In this document: one piece after another, positions 56,102 through 64,000 of the stretch | Position numbering within the stretch: position 1 is the stretch's first letter | Layout of the letters: every line of letters starts with the position of its first letter | Source: Chrysomallon squamiferum | Taxonomy: Eukaryota; Animalia; Mollusca | Length of the DNA: 64,000 nucleotides | Reading direction: 5' to 3' | Assembly (NCBI GenBank): GCA_012295275.1 | Contig: CM022667.1 | Coordinates: 9,238,001 to 9,302,000, forward strand | The notes under the pieces: model-generated | Told to the model about the DNA's origin: nothing | The model's database searches: none | The model's input: the letters and a program-made list of their open reading frames with translations, nothing else | Program-made: the position numbers and the translations under genes

Positions 56102-57184
56102 ATTAAAACAGTAGTGGTCAATAGTAGTAGTAGTATTAGTAGTGGTAGTAGTAGTAGTAATTAAAACAGTAGTGGTAGTAGTAGTAGTAGTAGTAATGAT
56201 AATGAAGATAACAAAAACAACAAGACAAATAACAACAACAAATAATGATAATAAAAAATAAAGCAACAAACATACAAACGAACGAACAAACGAACAAACG
56301 AACAAACAAACAGACATTCAAAAAAAAAAAAAAAAAAAAACAATAACACAAACAAAGGCACAGAAATATTAACATAACAACAACAAAGGCACAGAAAAAT
56401 TAACATAACAGAACATTTTTAACGACGAAAAATTATGAAACCAAAAATAGAAACAACGAGGTAAAACGTAAACAAATTAATAAAAAGGAGACAGAATCGA
56501 GGTGGAAAAAAAAAAAAAAAAAAAAAAAAACCATCAACGTTTAGATAGAGTACTTTCAGCGCCTGGGGCTGTTTAATAAAAGTATTCAAAAACAAAACTA
56601 TAAATTCTAAGTGTCACCTAATTTAACACACGTCACTTAGGGTCGTTAACACGAGATATGTACTTTTTTTTTTTTTTTTTTTAAGTGAAAAGAGAGTTAG
56701 GTATCAAGGTAAACAGGTTTTTTTTTTCCTCGTAATTTTTTTTTTTTTTTTTTTGATTTTTTTTAGATCTGTTTTTAAATTAACATCCGCAAGCATACAC
56801 GTGTAAAAAATCATGTACGCAAAGGAAAATGAATATAGACCCGTAGGTATATATATATAAATATATATATATTCATATATGTAAATGTATGTGAGAATGT
56901 GTGTATTCATGGGTGCATGGATGTGTTCTTTTACACGTGTGCGTATATTTTTGAATAAATGTATGTATATATGTATATGTGTGTGCATTTATTTATGTAT
57001 TACGTAGGCATGTATCAATATATGTACACATGCGTGTTTGTATCATGTGTGTGTGTGTATATATATATATATATAAGCACGTATATATGTATGTTTTTTG
57101 TGCGTATGTGTGTATAAAATTGTATGTAATATGTTTGTACATATGCATCCATATATTTACGTTTGTTCGTCTATCTGTTTGTCT

Positions 57185-57240
<56 letters not shown>

Positions 57241-57876
57241 ATTCTCTACATCTCCAAGCGTGCATGTAGAAGTGTATAAACAGATCTACCCTGGGAATGT
57301 TTCAAAAGGCCGTTGCTCTCGAAGACAGTGACCCGATACAAAATAAAAAAAAAAAAAACAGCCACCTTATTCTCAGGACATACGTGCAGATCTTCAGCGT
57401 TTCCCTTCTTACCTGACATTATTTTCTTTCACGAACTCAGTTCAAAACAGCCGATATAAGAAAAAACACACAGACACACAAACACACAAAGGCCAGGGCC
57501 GAAACAATCGAACTTTGGAACCTTGGAATTCTCGCTCCGACATCTAATACTTGTTTACGAAGAGGTAAAAAGTGCTGGTAACATCTAGGTCGCAGGTTCA
57601 AATCTGGGGCGCAGCGCGCGGGCAAGGTCTTTCTTAGTTCACTTAGTTTTTAAGGGGGAAGAGAAGAAGTGTAGGTCTTGTGGTTAGAACGGTTGCAGAT
57701 TTCTGTTCGGTAGCAGGTGTATGTAAAATGTATGTATACTGCTACCGGCAGATCAAAGTAAACCTTTCACGGATGTGGTGATTTTTGTTATAACAATGTG
57801 TTGTAATGACAGTAACAACAATAACAACAACAACCACAATAATAATACCAATAATAACAGCAACGACAACAACAAC

Positions 57877-57931
<55 letters not shown>

Positions 57932-58024
57932 TGCAGCTCTAATCTTCTAATCACATTCCTATACGTTAAAATATGTTTGCGTTAACGTTTAGCAACTTCA
58001 CGTTCATTCACTTTCATTTGTGAA

Positions 58025-58280
58025 TGGGGCGGCAGTGGTTAAATCACGTGATCCCGATGTGTCTGATCTCAGAGCAGCCATTGGACAGTTCACTTTCCCA
58101 GCCTATGCCACGTGACTGGTTTATCATGACGTAATGAATAGGAAGGATTCCTTGCTGTTGAAAGAGAAAGAAAGAAAGAAGAAAAACAACAACCCAGTAA
58201 CGCGTTAACAACGTGTTTCTTCTCTGTTAACTCAGCCAAATTCTCTCGACCAATGGGAGGTTGTTATTTGGTCACGTGGA
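58025..58280. promoter_or_regulatory. Promoter/enhancer-like cluster: three CACGTG E-boxes, ATGACGTAAT, CCAAT, GC box
   Basis: GGGGCGG about 58026; TCACGTGA 58044; CACGTG 58109; ATGACGTAAT 58126; CCAAT 58250; GTCACGTGG 58271. Confidence 0.45.
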
Positions 58281-58375
58281 GTAATTTATTAGAAAAAAAA
58301 GGCGGCATGTAGATAGATTTAAAAGCTGTGGTTTTCTTTTGCCGTTATACTTTAAAACTTGACGGTTAACTAAAA

Positions 58376-58423
<48 letters not shown>

Positions 58424-59681
58424 AATAAATAAATAGACAATGAAAAACAATAATCCTCGTCTAAACAAGCAAACACACACACACACGCACACAGACACAC
58501 ACACATGCACATGCACATACACAAACAGACACAAACAAAATGAAAAAAAAAAAAAACAGAAAGAAAGAAAAATCAACCATCAAAAATCAATAATAATAAG
58601 AAGAAAAATGATAAAACAAGGAAATAAAACACATCATGAAAGAATGTAAATTATACATGGACTCTTTATTCGTATGACACAGGTATGATTTAAAACATAC
58701 TTCAAGCTGTGATCATGATAATGAAAAAACTACGTGCTGGAAAAAAAAAAAAAAAAAAAAAAGTCGTCATCATTTTAAATATTCATAAACAAATTAATAA
58801 CTTCTCAGATCTATACTTAGTACATGATTTGTACACGAGGAACGTAATTTCACCTTTGCGGGGTTTTTAACCTTTTAAAAAGCTCGTGCATTTCGGTGTT
58901 TCACGATATTTATTTTTACATCATCATTTAAAATAAAAAAAAGATAAAACGTGATTCGGAAGTGAAATAGTCTGCTCACACGCGGAAAACGATAATTACA
59001 AAAGGTGAATTGAGTCTAATACCATAAATAAATTTACCTTTGCAGTCACTAAATAAAAAAAAACGGTTTTACTTACAGAATAAAAGACACAGCATACTGA
59101 TTCATATAAGGAATTTTAAGAATTGTTCGCAGTTACGTACAACTTCAAAACCCCCTTGTTGAAAGCCGCTGTTGTATACAAACAGCAACAATGACGACTA
59201 CAACAATAAACAAAATAACAACAGCATTATCAGTTATAATATGGATCGTAATACTAATAGTAACACTAATGATAATGATGATGACGTAAGACCGTAAAAT
59301 AACAACGTAACGTGGACAAACAGCAACAACAACAACGTTATGATAATAATGAGTTTTTGTTTGTGTTTGTGTTTGTTTGTATGTGTGTGTATTTGTGTGT
59401 ATGTGTGTATTTTTTGTGTGTGTGTGTGTTTTGTAAATAAGTTTGTGTAAAAACAAATCATATTTCAATGCGTAGCTTGAGATTTCCATAAACACAAAGA
59501 TATAGGACAAGTAAGTGTACTTTACAGAGATATAGAGGTCACGTGACGAGTGTAGTTATACATGGTTAAGTACTATTATGCGATCTATGATACACATTGT
59601 GGTTTGACTGATAATTAAAAACAGTTGTGTTGTATCTGTCTCTATGTCCTTGAGTGTTTATTTGTTTATTTCTATATTTTT

Positions 59682-59891
<210 letters not shown>

Positions 59892-60068
59892 CTCTTTGTC
59901 TTTTCTCTCTCGCTTGTTCATTATCTTTTTCTTTGTCTCGCTCTGAAATCAGTAAAAAAAAAAAAATTGTTCTAAATAATAAATGAAGTATTTATACAAA
60001 CAAAATTTTATATAAAAAACAATATTCATAAAAAAAAAAGAAGAAATAATAATAAAATAATAATAATA

Positions 60069-60111
<43 letters not shown>

Positions 60112-60563
60112 GAGAATTAAAAACAAACACAGTAATTTTTTAAAATCACTGCGAGCAGTGATGAGAAATAAACTGCACTATTTCTAGAAACGCCTATCTT
60201 CACACCTGACTGCAGGTTTCCGCGGCTTTATCAACTGAAGCTTTGCACATCTTTTTATTTTTATTATTTTCTTCTTTTGCACTCCTTCACAGCCTATAGA
60301 TACTAAAATATCTCACAAACAGCTTTGATCGCACCGAGAAACTACGTCATTAAACTGTTATTATCTGCTACGTCAGAACACTGTTGACGTCACGGTTGAC
60401 AAAGCGGTAGGCGATTTCGTTTTTCAACGTTTGTACGTTTATTTTATTTTATTAAACTTTTAAGAAGTATTTTTTTTTTTGGTCAGTATTGTAAAATGTA
60501 TCTAATAATCTGCCACTGTAGTGTGAACAGTATACTGTTCTTGTTGATGTTGTTGTTGTTGTG

Positions 60564-60601
<38 letters not shown>

Positions 60602-60645
60602 TGTAGCTGTTGTTATTTTTGCTTTTACTGTAATAGATATGGCTG

Positions 60646-60706
<61 letters not shown>

Positions 60707-62026
60707 GGTAGTACTAGTAGTAGTAGTAATAGTAGTAGTTGTAGTATAGTAGCTGTAGTAGTAGTAGTAGCAGTAGTAGTAATTAGGTAGTGGTTCTTGT
60801 TACTGTTGTTGATACTTTTATGGTTATTTTTATCATCATCGTTTTTGCGGTTAATGTCATTTTAATTAATTTTATATTTGACTATCTGGTGTTGTTATGT
60901 ACACCTATAACTTCTATGTGTTTCATTATTGATTACTAACAATAAAAATATAGAAGAAGAACAAACTATATTTAATATAGTTATAGACCAGGATTAATAA
61001 AAAAAAAAGCAGTTTGTGTATACCAACATTTTTGTAAGGGATATTAACATGAATTTAGAAATTAAAAAAATAAAAGCTCACGAAACTTCATATTATCATA
61101 TAATAATAATAATAATAATAATAATAAAAGATATATGTCCACGTAATTGTTATTTACCATTAATATTAAATTTTGAAAAGAAAAACAAAAGTACATCTAT
61201 TAAGCTACTTTTCAGGATAAATATGAAATAATAATAAAAGGGCTGTAGATATCTCGTTTTGTAAGTGAAGGGAGATAACTCTGTTAGCAAAGATGAGTAG
61301 ATTTAATTTATTATTTTTCTTATTTGCTGTTTTTGTTTCACTCGACCATAATTTACTGTATCATGTTAATTATAATACATTAAAATTATTATATTCCACT
61401 GCCTCATTTAATTTAATTTTAGAATTTGTTTTGAGTTTATTATATTTTTGAATTTAATTTTTTTAATATTTTATTATTTTGTTTATTATTATTTTTTTAT
61501 TATTGTTGTTTAAATGTTTGTTCATTTATTTATTTATTATAATTATTGTGTTTTTTATATATATTATTACAGGTACTAAGTAAAAGCGACAAAAAGCAAT
61601 GTTTAATTAAAAATTCAACAACTTTTAAACTTTTAATTTATTTTTTAACAGTAAAAATAGTTCTCTAAACACAAAACGCATAAAATGATTCATCAGAAAA
61701 TACCTAAATAAAATTTCCCAATACTGATACTACTCTCTGATCACTCTTTAATGGACATTTCTTATACACATTCCCCAAAACAAGCTATAATGTTATTTTT
61801 AATGTTTATGTCAAGGTGCGTAGTATTATTAGAAACGCCTTTCTGCTAATCAAAAAGAATAACCAACTATAAGAATAACCCAGCTTTACCTGTGTGACGA
61901 ACTTCACATTGAATAAAATAAATAAATTGAATAAAAATATAAATACAAATACAAATAATAATAAAATAAAATAAATAAATAAATAAAATAAATAAATAAA
62001 TAAATAAATAAATAAATACAAATACA

Positions 62027-62090
<64 letters not shown>

Positions 62091-63129
62091 TAAATAAATA
62101 AATCAAAATCAATAAGAAATAATATCTCCATTCGTCTTCTTTTTCTTTGGCAGAGTTACCTCGCTTGGTAATTAGAAATATAAATGTTTCTAAATATCTC
62201 AGTCGCCAAACAAAAAACTCGATGATTTAAAAGTGGAAAAGCATATTCTCAAAATTCAAATATTTATTGATCTTTTTCAAGTCTATGTACATTGAATATA
62301 ATTGCGATGAGAATCAATAAATGCAAATTTTTAGATAATAATAAGTGTGTAAACAATTATGTTAGTGTACTTGAATTCCGCCCAAGTTGTTAATTCTTTC
62401 GCACTTTGAAGAAAGAAAATACCAGCCATGATCCCCTAGAAAACTACAAACTAAAATTCTTCATAACAAATAAATCTACGTCACTTTACACTTACTACTA
62501 GACCTATTAACAATAATAATAATGTTGTTGACGATGACGACGATAATAATAATAATAATAATAACAAGAAGAAGAAGAAGAACAACAACAACAACAGCAA
62601 AAGCAACAGCAACAACAACAACAACAAAAACCCTTCAGTGTGTACTTTTCTATTAATAAGTATTCGTAAAAACTATAAGATAAAAATTAAGTGTAATAAC
62701 TTCGTGTTTTCCACTTTTCTTTCTTTCTTTTTTAATTATTTTTACAATTATTCTATTTTTTTTTTTTCTTCTTCTTTTTCGGACTACTTCAAACATTTTT
62801 TTAAATCTTAACCATTTAACGATAAAACAAACCTAACTTACAATAAACTAAGATAAATGAAAACTGTTTTCCGCCATGTCTCTTTCGTTAGTAAATTCCT
62901 CCTGTTAGTCCAAAGCATCTCAGACATCTCCGTTCTGTTATAGACACAACCGAAAACGAGGACCTCTTAGTAAAAATAAAATAAAACAAAACAAAATATA
63001 ATAAAATAAAATAGATGAAATAATGGTTAAAAAATAAAATGTTTCAAGGATGCAATAAAGGTTTGCTTGTGTAGGTCTGATTATTATGACGATAAAAATA
63101 TTTGTTGTTACAACATTTAATTTTTTCTT

Positions 63130-63811
63130 TCACGAATTTTTATCTCGCACTGCTTGAAATTTTTCCATGAAGTACGTGAAACTGGAGAAAAAGACGTCAG
63201 ACGACGTCTGTGGTGCTTCTCCAAACAGAACCTGAAATAATAATAATAATAATAACAACAATAATAATAATAATAATAATAACAACAACAACAACAAAAA
63301 TGATAATAATAATAATAATAATAATCATAATCATAATGATGATGATAATAATAAAAATAATAATAATAATAATCATAATGATGATGATAACCTGCAACAA
63401 CAAACTATTGTAATAATAACCACACACATAATTATTATAATGATGATGATGGTGATGACAACAACAACAACAACAAAATCAAACAGAAATACCAACCAGA
63501 GTCTTGCGATACATGTCTAAGAGTTTGCTACTGGAGGTTTCCAAATCCACAACCTTTCTGTCATAGTCAATTAGAAAATTCTGAAAATAAATACATAAAT
63601 AAATAAATAAATAAACGAACAACACACAGGTCAATAATACAATGACTGTTTGACAAAAATATTAATGTACTCTCTCTATCTGTCGTTAAAGCAAAAAAAA
63701 AGAAACAAAATACCTGAACATTGCTGAAGAATTTCTTCTCCTGTTTCGCACAAACTACAGGTTTCAGAAGTTTCATGTTTCGACGTATTTTGTTCAGATC
63801 GTTCTTCAGTA
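63130..63811 (-). CDS. 3' end of a formin (end of FH2 domain; stops right after FH2 as in delphilin/GRID2IP); partial, gene continues beyond the window
   Basis: Exons (minus) 63811-63714, 63580-63497, 63231-63130 splice in frame: LKNDLNKIRRNMKLL...KFFSNVQ|NFLIDYDRKVVDLE...YRKTL|VLFGEAPQTSSDVFFSSFTYFMEKFQAVRDKNS*. This matches the FH2 C-terminal FGE....FF..F..F...F pattern. Confidence 0.8.
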
Positions 63812-64000
63812 CTGTAATATAACAACAACAACAGTAACAACAACAACAACAACAATAGTAGTAGTAGGTGGTAGTAGTAATCGTAGTTGTAATAATAATA
63901 ACCACAAAGACAAACAACAATAACAACAACTATGAAGAAGATGACGAAGACAATCATGATGACAATGATTAAATAATAACGACAATATTAATAACGACAA

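Noticed and set aside
57560-57625. tRNA gene suggested by GGTCGCAGGTTCAAATC (similar motifs near 18605, 47225 and 50270)
   Set aside because: Only a T-loop/B-box-like fragment; no cloverleaf or acceptor stem could be built.
63714-63811. Alternative frame TCSLCETGEEILQQCSG resembling a PHD-finger start
   Set aside because: The other frame joins two downstream exons into a coherent FH2 C-terminus; the CxxC frame has no continuation.

Overview
AT-rich, microsatellite-dense animal genomic DNA (gene content and repeat style suggest an invertebrate, possibly a mollusc; this is inference). Almost all ORFs in the supplied track are microsatellite artefacts. By hand-splicing GT-AG exons with phase checks I recover six genes. 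(1,2) A tail-to-tail pair of secreted trypsin-fold pseudo-proteases (3454-8329 +; 9085-16204 -), each with a signal peptide, an unusual CC..CC..CxC Cys-rich module and a Thr-rich mucin-like stalk, and each lacking all three catalytic residues. (3) An intronless alpha-kinase-family gene that has lost its catalytic aspartates (23115-23842 +). (4) An intron-containing SdsA1/BDS1-type alkyl sulfatase (31812-35364 -). (5) RMDN1 (41987-51057 -). (6) The last three exons of an FH2 formin that ends like delphilin (63130-63811 -, partial). Four small frameshifts in short runs or repeats are probably long-read assembly errors. Also present are a tRNA-derived SINE, several minisatellites, and clusters of E-box, D-box, CRE and palindromic motifs.
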